From an uncultured virus (IMG/VR IMGVR_UViG_3300042860_002775) (taxonomy: Duplodnaviria; Heunggongvirae; Uroviricota; Caudoviricetes), in IMG/VR virus record IMGVR_UViG_3300042860_002775: a stretch of 20,000 nt of DNA; one strand, written 5' to 3'. The notes under the pieces are model-generated. The model ran no database searches, was not told the DNA's origin, and saw only the letters and a list, made by a program, of their open reading frames with translations. The translations under genes and the position numbers were made by a program. Positions 9,013-16,058 of this stretch are shown piece after piece. Positions within the stretch are counted from its first letter, which is position 1; each line of letters opens with the position of its first letter.

Positions 9013-9672
9013 ATGGCTAAAACCGCACCAAATAAGAAACCAAGAATACCGCCCGACGAAACTATCTTTTATATATTCAAGCTATCAGCATCAGAATATA
9101 TGCTATATGACTCAAGCATGGGCGATCCAGTTCATCACGGCTCGCTAAATCTTATAACATCCAAACTAAATTCACACATCGAGGAACTAAACAAGAACAT
9201 AAAGCCAAACGACAAGCCAAAACAAATATATGCATATAAGCTTGATAGAGACTCAACAAAAGGTTGGAAAGTTGAAGAAAGAATGAATGGCATAAATTAT
9301 GAAGCCCCGCCATCAAAACCAAAGCCAAAATATACTAACCCAAAAAAGATAAGAGGAATGGATATTGATCCAGTATTCTTTTGGATAGATATGGGTAGCA
9401 TGAATTATCTATATGATATGGATATGGGTTCGCCATTATATTATGGATCTCCAGCCAAAATAAAAGCACCTATACTATTACATTCAAAAAAATACAACTT
9501 TAGCGTCATGATGTTTGATTTTCCACCAAAGGCAGTTGAGCCAAAATGGAAACTCAGCATAAAGTATAATATAAACGAGCAACAAGAAAAGCAAAAGCTA
9601 AGAGACAAGAAACAGATAGAAGAAAAGAACCCAAAAGCGCCAACCAAAGAAGATACTGAAAAAGACGCTTAA
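9013..9672 (+). CDS. Hypothetical protein with internal two-fold repeat
   Basis: Start MAKTAPNKK; YMLYDSSMGDPVHHGS versus NYLYDMDMGSPLYYGS. Confidence 0.75.
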   Translation: MAKTAPNKKPRIPPDETIFYIFKLSASEYMLYDSSMGDPVHHGSLNLITSKLNSHIEELNKNIKPNDKPKQIYAYKLDRDSTKGWKVEERMNGINYEAPPSKPKPKYTNPKKIRGMDIDPVFFWIDMGSMNYLYDMDMGSPLYYGSPAKIKAPILLHSKKYNFSVMMFDFPPKAVEPKWKLSIKYNINEQQEKQKLRDKKQIEEKNPKAPTKEDTEKDA

Positions 9673-9694
9673 AAAATAGAATTATTGGTATATA

Positions 9695-10045
9695 TCACAC
9701 TATAGTTTCATCAAAGCCTATAACTCTTGATGAAACTATATCAGACATAACAAAATCAATAGCATCCATAGGAAGACCGACCGTAAGAACAGTTATTTTA
9801 TCTTCTGGCACATCATGATATGTAGAAGCAATACGTTTGCTATACTCTGGTCTTAATGAAAAATATGTACCTTGCCTAAATCCATTCTTTTTTATGCCAG
9901 ATATATTCTTTGATGGTGTGCCGTGATATGCAATAAGTCTACCATCCTCTGTATATGTAGCTTTATGACGCTTAAGCCAATCTGCTCGCCATTCCATATG
10001 CTTTTCATCATTCTCTTTTAACAAACTTTTAAGTAGTATATGCAT
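9695..10045 (-). CDS. Putative ADP-ribosyltransferase-fold protein
   Basis: LIAYHGT...IKKNGF..GTYFS...Y motif; start MHILLKSLLKE. Confidence 0.6.
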   Translation of the reverse strand: MHILLKSLLKENDEKHMEWRADWLKRHKATYTEDGRLIAYHGTPSKNISGIKKNGFRQGTYFSLRPEYSKRIASTYHDVPEDKITVLTVGLPMDAIDFVMSDIVSSRVIGFDETIV

Positions 10046-10046
10046 G

Positions 10047-10592
10047 TCACTTGTGTATGTTTGGATCCTTTGGATCAAAATTCCCATTATTTCCAATAGC
10101 AGACTTTATTTGAGTAGGTTCAAATACCACATATACACCATGCCCAAAATCAACGCCGTCATATCCTTGAGATTTCAAATCATTAAACACCTCGCGCTGT
10201 GCTTTTGTATAATTATCAGCATGCTTTAGCTTATTTGCCTGCTCGGTATTCAATTTGGCTGGATTCTGAATAGACAAATATACAGGAATAACCCTAGACG
10301 CTGTATTCGCCTTCTTATAAGTCATTCCCCCACTTGACCAATCAGGCTCAGTCTTCATGCTATCATTCTGATCCGCATATGATGAAGCACTATCTGATGA
10401 AGTTGTAAACCATATACCATTTTGCTTTATTTTAAACTTTGTAAAATCAAGATCCTTGCTTGTGCCATGATATACACGCAAAGGTTTTCCACTGCTATCA
10501 ACAACCGCACTGTTTTTAAACCAATTCTTGAACTGTGGAGTATCCTGTTGAGTCTTTATTTCATTCAATAGACTTCTAAGTAGTATATGCAT
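10047..10592 (-). CDS. ADP-ribosyltransferase-like protein (ART-PolyVal type)
   Basis: FKNWFKNSAVVDSSGKPLRVYHGT, GIWFT, ASSYA, VIPVYLSIQNP, GYDGV, VVFEPTQIKSAIGNNGNFD match the ART domain of phage polyvalent proteins; start MHILLRSLLNE. Confidence 0.8.
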   Translation of the reverse strand: MHILLRSLLNEIKTQQDTPQFKNWFKNSAVVDSSGKPLRVYHGTSKDLDFTKFKIKQNGIWFTTSSDSASSYADQNDSMKTEPDWSSGGMTYKKANTASRVIPVYLSIQNPAKLNTEQANKLKHADNYTKAQREVFNDLKSQGYDGVDFGHGVYVVFEPTQIKSAIGNNGNFDPKDPNIHK

Positions 10593-10599
10593 ATACAAT

Positions 10600-10858
10600 A
10601 TATATAAAAATCACATAACAAAAATATACACGTTATAAAATTAAAAAAACATAACTGTATATACAAAAATCCTATAACTAAATTAGCAAAATTTTAAAAT
10701 TGAAAAAATGGGGTAATAATGTAAAAAAGTATATACGGAAAAAGGATGATAAAGAAGATATAGATTTATAAGGCGTTATATATGAATTATAAAGATTATA
10801 TAATTGTGTATATATGAAAGTGTGGCAGAAAAATTGACTATAAGTATAAAAGGTATCT
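10600..10858. other. AT-rich, A-skewed non-coding tract
   Basis: No credible ORF; very A/T-rich; directly adjacent to the G/C-tract structure. Confidence 0.6.
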
Positions 10859-10860
10859 GG

Positions 10861-10986
10861 CCCCCCGTGGGGGGTATACCCTACCCCCACCTAGAAGACA
10901 CCTAAACCCCCCACCTACAGGGGGTTAGGGGTGGGGGTAAAGCCCCCTATAACCCCCATACCCCCGCCCCCACCACGAGGGGGTTA
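10861..10986. repeat. G/C-tract inverted repeats and G-quadruplex motif
   Basis: CCCCCC-GT-GGGGGG (10861-10874); TACCCCCACC (10882-10891) pairs with GGTGGGGGTA (10930-10939), enclosing AACCCCC/GGGGGTT; TAACCCCC (10950) pairs with GGGGGTTA (10979-10986); four C5 tracts at 10943-10971. Confidence 0.8.
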
Positions 10987-11226
10987 CCCCACCCGCTTGA
11001 CGAAGTACTCGTCCACCTGCGTGTCACCCAAGAAGGTGTCAGTCACGGGGTTGTAGAAGCAGACCCCCGCGAAGTTGGCGTTGGTGGTGTCGCTGGGGAA
11101 GCGGACGTTGGCGATCTGCCTGTCGTTGTGGAAGACGGCATAGCTCGCGTACCGGACGGCCTTGGCCTGAGCCGCAGCGGTGGCGCGATAGATGGCGAAG
11201 CGGTCAGCGGTAGTGGTGTTGTTCAT
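10984..11226 (-). CDS. Hypothetical early-array protein (MNNTTTADRF...)
   Basis: Start reassigned to ATG 11226 from the promoter spacing. Confidence 0.75.
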   Translation of the reverse strand: MNNTTTADRFAIYRATAAAQAKAVRYASYAVFHNDRQIANVRFPSDTTNANFAGVCFYNPVTDTFLGDTQVDEYFVKRVG

Positions 11227-11235
11227 CGTGCGCAT

Positions 11236-11264
11236 ACTATGGCGAATTATTTTATAAAAAGCAA
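11236..11264 (-). promoter_or_regulatory. Array promoter
   Basis: TTGCTT-N17-CATAGT-N9-ATG. Confidence 0.8.
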
Positions 11265-11265
11265 G

Positions 11266-11292
11266 AAAAAAAGGGAGGCTTATGCCTCCCTT
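11266..11292 (-). terminator. Rho-independent terminator
   Basis: Minus strand GGGAGGC-ATAA-GCCTCCC followed by TTTTTTT, after the stop at 11297. Confidence 0.85.
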
Positions 11293-11296
11293 GTTG

Positions 11297-11596
11297 TTAG
11301 TCAAGCACTTGCGCGTAAGCGTTCTTGTCCAGCTTCAGGACAAGGTATCGCACTCGGTCATACGTCTGGATGCTCACGGGCTTGTGGCGGAAGGTCATCT
11401 TGCCGAATAGCGCATAGCCCCGATACGCGACCTGAGCGAAGCGGATCAGCGCAGCGACCAGCGGAGTGGTCTCCACTTCCACGCCATTCAGCGGGTTGCT
11501 TGCGACGGTCCACTTGTCACTCACGATCAGGCTGTAGTCGGTGGTCAGCTTGTTGATCAGGTTCTGTTCGGGCTTGGTTAGGGTGGTGTTATTCAT
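11297..11596 (-). CDS. Hypothetical early-array protein
   Basis: 99 aa, own promoter, terminator downstream. Confidence 0.8.
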   Translation of the reverse strand: MNNTTLTKPEQNLINKLTTDYSLIVSDKWTVASNPLNGVEVETTPLVAALIRFAQVAYRGYALFGKMTFRHKPVSIQTYDRVRYLVLKLDKNAYAQVLD

Positions 11597-11605
11597 ACGG
11601 GCGAT

Positions 11606-11634
11606 AGATTGGTGGATTTTTTATAGAAAGTCAA
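11606..11634 (-). promoter_or_regulatory. Array promoter
   Basis: TTGACT-N17-CAATCT-N9-ATG. Confidence 0.8.
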
Positions 11635-11637
11635 GCT

Positions 11638-11937
11638 TTACTTGACAGGAATTTCCAACGTCTCAACCACCGTCTTGGTGGTTTCCTCGTACCACTTGGC
11701 CTCGATATGGTCAGCAGGGATAACTTCGGCCCAACCGTGACCAAGGATGATTTGATGATCCGTGGGGTAGTAATGATTCCTACGGTGGCGAATCGTTTCC
11801 AATACTCGACCCTTTTTGTAAGTGACGGGGGGCAAGTCGGGCGTTCGATAGTAAGTGAAATCCTTGTTTAGAACAAACTTGGTGACGAGCATCACCTTTT
11901 CGGTCTTGATGGCGTTGGCGGTGGTGGTGTTTTTCAT
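11638..11937 (-). CDS. Hypothetical early-array protein
   Basis: 99 aa, own promoter. Confidence 0.8.
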   Translation of the reverse strand: MKNTTTANAIKTEKVMLVTKFVLNKDFTYYRTPDLPPVTYKKGRVLETIRHRRNHYYPTDHQIILGHGWAEVIPADHIEAKWYEETTKTVVETLEIPVK

Positions 11938-11946
11938 AACGGCGCT

Positions 11947-11975
11947 ATGTTGGGTTATGATTTATAAAAAGTCAA
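11947..11975 (-). promoter_or_regulatory. Array promoter
   Basis: TTGACT-N17-CAACAT-N9-ATG; -35 supplies the upstream TGA stop. Confidence 0.8.
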
Positions 11976-12235
11976 GCATTTACACGGCTCGCCCAGCGTT
12001 CAGCATAAATTTCGTGCGTCTTCTTTTCGACTTCTTCCATGACTACATCGGGAGTTTTGCCATACAATGCACCAAGCAAATGATATGCATTATACAAATC
12101 AATGTCTACGGTCTCGCTACCACCCATCCACAGATTATAACGCACCTTGGCCAAAAGCTCAATGCCTCTATCATAGCTAGGCGCAATATTGGTGGGCTTG
12201 GTAGTCTTCTTGCTAGTCTTCTTGGTCTTTTTCAT
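11972..12235 (-). CDS. Hypothetical early-array protein
   Basis: 87 aa, K/T-rich N-terminus, own promoter. Confidence 0.8.
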   Translation of the reverse strand: MKKTKKTSKKTTKPTNIAPSYDRGIELLAKVRYNLWMGGSETVDIDLYNAYHLLGALYGKTPDVVMEEVEKKTHEIYAERWASRVNA

Positions 12236-12245
12236 CTTGATTATT

Positions 12246-12273
12246 AGTATGCTGAATTTTTATAGAAAGTCAA
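12246..12273 (-). promoter_or_regulatory. Array promoter
   Basis: TTGACT-N16-CATACT-N10-ATG; supplies the upstream TGA stop. Confidence 0.8.
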
Positions 12274-12416
12274 GCACTTATGCGGCGCAATACAAAAAAT
12301 CCTGTAGCTATGGTGATGATAGTCAAAGCTATGGTGGTGAAGGAATAAAAGCTGATGGCGAAAATGGACAACACGCTAAACAGAATTGCACCAGCAAACA
12401 GCAGTAGATTTTTCAT
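12270..12416 (-). CDS. Small hydrophobic membrane protein (48 aa, not in ORF track)
   Basis: MKNLLLFAGAILFSVLSIFAISFYSFTTIALTIITIATGFFVLRRISA; fills the cassette slot exactly. Confidence 0.7.
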   Translation of the reverse strand: MKNLLLFAGAILFSVLSIFAISFYSFTTIALTIITIATGFFVLRRISA

Positions 12417-12422
12417 AATGGT

Positions 12423-12457
12423 AGTATTTTGAGATAAAAAAAGGGATTGTCAATCCC
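12423..12457 (-). promoter_or_regulatory. Promoter (TTGACA) embedded in a terminator-like hairpin
   Basis: Minus strand GGGATTGACAATCCC-TTTTTTT; TTGACA begins 37 nt before ATG 12416. Confidence 0.65.
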
Positions 12458-12584
12458 AGTTCTTGGCGTATTTTTCCTTACGAGTGTAAGCGCCCTTGCC
12501 CTTCTTCGGCTTGTGGCTCACGCCGCCGAGGTTGACGCCAGAGGTGAACACAGAACGAATCTTCAGATTAGTGGTGGTCTTCAT
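12450..12584 (-). CDS. ArfA-like (alternative ribosome rescue factor A-like) peptide, 44 aa, not in ORF track
   Basis: MKTTTNLKIRSVFTSGVNLGGVSHKPKKGKGAYTRKEKYAKNWD; KKGKGAYTRK resembles the ArfA core KKGKGSYxRK. Confidence 0.65.
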   Translation of the reverse strand: MKTTTNLKIRSVFTSGVNLGGVSHKPKKGKGAYTRKEKYAKNWD

Positions 12585-12594
12585 TATGCCAATA

Positions 12595-12622
12595 ACTATG
12601 GCAGATTTTTATAGAAAGTCAA
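12595..12622 (-). promoter_or_regulatory. Array promoter
   Basis: TTGACT-N16-CATAGT-N10-ATG. Confidence 0.8.
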
Positions 12623-12626
12623 GCAC

Positions 12627-12662
12627 AAAGAAATGGGGGAGGAGCCACCACGCTCCTCCCCC
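12627..12662 (-). terminator. Rho-independent terminator
   Basis: Minus strand GGGGGAGGAGC-GTGGTG-GCTCCTCCCCC followed by ATTTCTTT. Confidence 0.75.
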
Positions 12663-12687
12663 GATGAACACCCTCTAACCCAAAATT

Positions 12688-13044
12688 TTAGTGGTGATTG
12701 AAGCAGTTAATCGCCTCGCCACCCCACTTGTAAAAAGTGGCATAGCTGTTTTCCTTCACCTTGTAGCTGTTGCCATACGGCTTGAACCGCTTGGTCTCGG
12801 TCTCGTCGTTTTCGGCGCTGAAGTTGGGCACGCTAGTCCACTCCATGCCGCCCGACCCCTTGTAGGTGTTGATGCTGCCAAGGCGCAGGAGCTTGACGCT
12901 GCTCTTCGTCACCGCCACGACCTTGGCGAAGTGGGCGATGCACGCCTCATACCCAGAGCAACTGACGAGGATGTCGCCGACCTTGGGACCGTTGACGACG
13001 GCGGCGGGAGTTTCGAGTGTGGGGGAGATGATAGTGTTGTTCAT
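12688..13044 (-). CDS. Hypothetical early-array protein
   Basis: 118 aa; KVGDILV...AKVVAVTKSSVKL suggests a small beta-barrel. Confidence 0.8.
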   Translation of the reverse strand: MNNTIISPTLETPAAVVNGPKVGDILVSCSGYEACIAHFAKVVAVTKSSVKLLRLGSINTYKGSGGMEWTSVPNFSAENDETETKRFKPYGNSYKVKENSYATFYKWGGEAINCFNHH

Positions 13045-13054
13045 AACGTAGAAC

Positions 13055-13082
13055 AGCTTGGCAGGTTTTTATGAAAAGTCAA
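13055..13082 (-). promoter_or_regulatory. Array promoter
   Basis: TTGACT-N16-CAAGCT-N10-ATG. Confidence 0.75.
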
Positions 13083-13086
13083 GAAC

Positions 13087-13380
13087 TTAACCAAGGGCGG
13101 GATGATTTTCGGTCACCACGTAGATATGAAAGTGAGCAGTGCCACGGGGAGCACGATAGGTGTTCAGGTTCACGATGTTCACGTTTCGCAAGTCCTTGCG
13201 AGCCGAAACCCAGTTGAACACCCGCTCAAGCGAGGAGCCAGCAGGAACCGCCCACGCGCAGCGAGACGTGCCGCCAGCAGCGCCGCCCCAGCCGCTCATG
13301 AACTTGTCCTTGGCGACAACGCCCCAGACGTGAGTATTCTTCTGCTCGGTCGAACGATCATCAACAGTAGTAGTGTTCAT
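13087..13380 (-). CDS. Hypothetical early-array protein
   Basis: 97 aa, DKFMSGWGGA motif, own promoter. Confidence 0.8.
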   Translation of the reverse strand: MNTTTVDDRSTEQKNTHVWGVVAKDKFMSGWGGAAGGTSRCAWAVPAGSSLERVFNWVSARKDLRNVNIVNLNTYRAPRGTAHFHIYVVTENHPALG

Positions 13381-13390
13381 TGTGCTGAAT

Positions 13391-13418
13391 AGTATGGTGG
13401 GTTTTTATGAAAAGTCAA
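13391..13418 (-). promoter_or_regulatory. Array promoter
   Basis: TTGACT-N16-CATACT-N10-ATG. Confidence 0.8.
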
Positions 13419-13422
13419 GAAC

Positions 13423-13632
13423 TTACTTCTGCTTGAGCCAGGCAATGGTCTTGTCCACGGCGACAAGAAGCGCACCGCCGATGATGCCGACAATGAAAAT
13501 CACAGGGCCAACGGCCAGAGCCAGCTTGAACAGATTGGTCTTGGAGTAGGTCAATTCATCAACCGAGTGGAACAGCACAAAGAAACCAAAGATGGTCCAA
13601 ACAACGAGGGTGGCGATAAGGATGGTGCTCAT
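13423..13632 (-). CDS. Small membrane protein (two hydrophobic segments)
   Basis: 69 aa, two TM-like stretches, GP motif before the second. Confidence 0.75.
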   Translation of the reverse strand: MSTILIATLVVWTIFGFFVLFHSVDELTYSKTNLFKLALAVGPVIFIVGIIGGALLVAVDKTIAWLKQK

Positions 13633-13642
13633 ATTGGATATT

Positions 13643-13670
13643 ACTATGGCAGATTTTTATAAAAAGTCCA
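13643..13670 (-). promoter_or_regulatory. Array promoter (variant -35)
   Basis: TGGACT-N16-CATAGT-N10-ATG. Confidence 0.7.
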
Positions 13671-13688
13671 GAAGAAAATATAAATATC

Positions 13689-13895
13689 TTACTTGATAAA
13701 TCCTGCTGCCTTCAGGCGCAACTGGGTGTCCGTCTTGGCCTTATCGCGCATAAACCCAGCAACGTCGTGCTCCTCCCAAAGACCGCCGCCGCGCAGCCAG
13801 CGAGCGGTAGGGTCGCCGTGCTTCTGTTCGGGATGGCACCGCTTGAAACCATAATCTTCAGCCAGAGCAATCAAATGCGAGTTTGTTAGCGTCAT
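13689..13895 (-). CDS. Hypothetical early-array protein
   Basis: 68 aa, own promoter. Confidence 0.75.
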   Translation of the reverse strand: MTLTNSHLIALAEDYGFKRCHPEQKHGDPTARWLRGGGLWEEHDVAGFMRDKAKTDTQLRLKAAGFIK

Positions 13896-13901
13896 AACAG
13901 T

Positions 13902-13929
13902 AGACTGCCTAAATTTTATAGAAAGTCAA
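13902..13929 (-). promoter_or_regulatory. Array promoter
   Basis: TTGACT-N16-CAGTCT-N6-ATG. Confidence 0.75.
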
Positions 13930-13930
13930 G

Positions 13931-14119
13931 TTACTTCTTGCTGAAACTAAGCCGCACCAGCAGAAAAAGCGGGCTGGCGATGGGACCGTAGTACAAAACC
14001 GCCTCGCCCACACCCACGTCCAGGTATTCCTCGCGGGTGTAGGTGGCAAACGCCAGAATCACGGCGCAGACGCCAAGCAGGGACCAAGCAGCGACCAGAC
14101 CAAGGATATTATCGATCAT
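13931..14119 (-). CDS. Small membrane protein
   Basis: 62 aa, two hydrophobic stretches, GP motif. Confidence 0.7.
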   Translation of the reverse strand: MIDNILGLVAAWSLLGVCAVILAFATYTREEYLDVGVGEAVLYYGPIASPLFLLVRLSFSKK

Positions 14120-14127
14120 ATGCTAGT

Positions 14128-14155
14128 ACTGTAGCACTTTTTATAGAAAAGTCAA
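14128..14155 (-). promoter_or_regulatory. Array promoter
   Basis: TTGACT-N16-TACAGT-N8-ATG; supplies the upstream TGA stop. Confidence 0.8.
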
Positions 14156-14358
14156 GAACTATCTTCGCTATCCATAATTGCTATTCTAAGTTTGGCATAT
14201 TCACCCAGCCATAATGCCAGCATTTCTTGACTATTTTCTTTGACGGTGCCTGCCATTACAAGCAGCATACTTTGAGTATTTTTATCACCCAGTTCGCCAA
14301 ATCTATTTGCCAAATCTATCAGGCATTGCACCAGTTGATTTTTTGTATCTTCGTTCAT
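14152..14358 (-). CDS. Hypothetical protein
   Basis: 68 aa; ATGA overlap with the upstream gene. Confidence 0.7.
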   Translation of the reverse strand: MNEDTKNQLVQCLIDLANRFGELGDKNTQSMLLVMAGTVKENSQEMLALWLGEYAKLRIAIMDSEDSS

Positions 14359-14522
14359 ACTTCACGAATCGTGGAGATTTCAGAATAATGAACGGGGTAT
14401 TCATCTACTCCAATAATAACATATTCGCCAGCCACATTAGCATAGCCAGTAAAATATCTACCATCATTTGTGTGTAGATGAATATTCTTTTTGTTTAGCG
14501 AAAATAGGTCGTTATTTTTCAT
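14355..14522 (-). CDS. Small hypothetical protein (55 aa, not in ORF track)
   Basis: MKNNDLFSLNKKNIHLHTNDGRYFTGYANVAGEYVIIGVDEYPVHYSEISTIREV; ATGA coupling to the next gene. Confidence 0.65.
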   Translation of the reverse strand: MKNNDLFSLNKKNIHLHTNDGRYFTGYANVAGEYVIIGVDEYPVHYSEISTIREV

Positions 14523-14527
14523 ACGTT

Positions 14528-15283
14528 CTAATCTATCTGTAGTTCTTTTTTTGTCAAGGCTATACGTTCATTGGTTATGTTATAATACTTATCGCTTATT
14601 TCACTACCAATGTATTTTCTATTACTTTTTAGGCAAGATACTGCTACGGTGCCTGTGCCAGTAAATGGGTCATATACTATATCATCTACATTACTGAAGT
14701 TATGTATTATTTTATTAGATAGTTCTAACGGAAAAGAAGCGCCGTGTTCTTTACTATACTTTTCGCCTCTGCTTATTTGCCAGATATCTTCTAACTTGCC
14801 TCTGCCAAAATTACATTTCTTGAACTGGCGAGAAATAGCATTACTTTTCTCAAATACTAAAATAAGTTCGGTGCGTCTATTCAATACACCACTTTGCATG
14901 GCAGGCTGACCGTGGTTTTTATCCCATACAATAATATCTTTTAGATGATTAGAAAACTCGCCAATCATCTTGAAAAAAGCAACCTTGCTGCCAGTTACAA
15001 TCTGAATGTTGTAAAAAACAATCTTGCTGGTTCTTATTAGTTCAGAAAGTATCTTGCTGTGCAGTCTATGAAAATCATCAATCGGTAGATTATCGTCAAA
15101 GCCAACATACTTTGTACTAAACTCTTCTTTGACTATTTGGCGGCTACAATACTTGCCATTACGAATTCTTAGATTCATATTGTATGGCGGCGAAGTAAAT
15201 ACCAAATCAACAAAACTGTCTGGCATACGAGCCATCGTAGCCAGACAGTCCTCATTGTAAATCTTGTTCAGTTCAAGACTCAT
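14528..15283 (-). CDS. Site-specific DNA methyltransferase, N4-C/N6-A, beta class
   Basis: Motif IV FTSPPYN precedes motif I YDPFTGTGT; HGASFP; start MSLELNKIYNEDC. Confidence 0.92.
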   Translation of the reverse strand: MSLELNKIYNEDCLATMARMPDSFVDLVFTSPPYNMNLRIRNGKYCSRQIVKEEFSTKYVGFDDNLPIDDFHRLHSKILSELIRTSKIVFYNIQIVTGSKVAFFKMIGEFSNHLKDIIVWDKNHGQPAMQSGVLNRRTELILVFEKSNAISRQFKKCNFGRGKLEDIWQISRGEKYSKEHGASFPLELSNKIIHNFSNVDDIVYDPFTGTGTVAVSCLKSNRKYIGSEISDKYYNITNERIALTKKELQID

Positions 15284-15821
15284 CTTCCTCTTCCAGATGC
15301 TCAAACGGATCGTAATCAAACTCGTCGATTACAAACTGGCGATACAACACCTTTTCATCTTCATCTTCACAGTCATAACTAACCTCGTCATAATCCTCGC
15401 CAGATATGGTAAGACTACCAGCAAAACCAACTCCACACTCATAATACTTGTGAGTAAAACTCAGTTCTGGAAACAACGTGGATAGATACTTGGTTGCTTC
15501 AAGCGACGGACCCCACGCACTATCAAAACTGTAATAGATGTTGTCTACGTTAGAGTCGTCCTCGCTCGCTTCGATGTCCCACTTCGTACCCCAATACTTG
15601 ACGTGCCAGTCGTACCAGTTGTCGGAACCATACTTCTCCATCAGTTCCTTGCTCTTGTCGGCTTGGGCGGCGGGGACAGGAGAAGTGGTCTCTTCCAGTT
15701 CCTGCGGCATAGGACGAATCTTCTGAAGCGTCAATGGCTCGTTATTGAGCCACTCGCGGAACTTGGTGATAGCAGAAGCAGCACCATCAATAGACAATGT
15801 ATTGAAACACCAGTTGGGCAT
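15273..15821 (-). CDS. DUF1281/YubB-like ferredoxin-fold phage protein
   Basis: MPNWCFN start, NWYDWHVKYWGTKWD, SFDSAWGP, FPELSF..YYECGVGFAG motifs. Confidence 0.8.
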   Translation of the reverse strand: MPNWCFNTLSIDGAASAITKFREWLNNEPLTLQKIRPMPQELEETTSPVPAAQADKSKELMEKYGSDNWYDWHVKYWGTKWDIEASEDDSNVDNIYYSFDSAWGPSLEATKYLSTLFPELSFTHKYYECGVGFAGSLTISGEDYDEVSYDCEDEDEKVLYRQFVIDEFDYDPFEHLEEEDES

Positions 15822-15829
15822 AGGAGAAT

Positions 15830-15858
15830 AGATTGACTGAGTTTTTATCTAATGTCAA
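15830..15858 (-). promoter_or_regulatory. Array promoter
   Basis: TTGACA-N17-CAATCT-N8-ATG; supplies the upstream TGA stop. Confidence 0.75.
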
Positions 15859-16058
15859 GAACGATGTGGAGAAACTCGCTTGAGGCAAGTGCCATAGCCA
15901 GGTCGCCTCGTTGCCTTGTCGTGAGCCGCAGCCTGATCCTCGGTCATGAGCATCAGGCTCGGCGCGGTCTTGTGGTCAAAGACCAGACGGCCCACCAGCT
16001 TGGGCCGTGGGCCGTTCAGTATGTCTGCCAGAGTGGCAGCAGGAACGATGTCAGTCAT
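15855..16058 (-). CDS. Hypothetical protein
   Basis: Start MTDIVPAAT overlaps the upstream stop; 67 aa. Confidence 0.6.
   Translation of the reverse strand: MTDIVPAATLADILNGPRPKLVGRLVFDHKTAPSLMLMTEDQAAAHDKATRRPGYGTCLKRVSPHRS

Noticed and set aside
10678..10890. 70-aa minus-strand ORF in the junction
   Set aside because: Low-complexity F/Y/I/L product of an A-rich tract, starting inside the G/C hairpins; probably non-coding.
14528..15283. Complete restriction-modification system
   Set aside because: Neighbouring ORFs are small or DUF1281-like, with no recognisable nuclease motifs.
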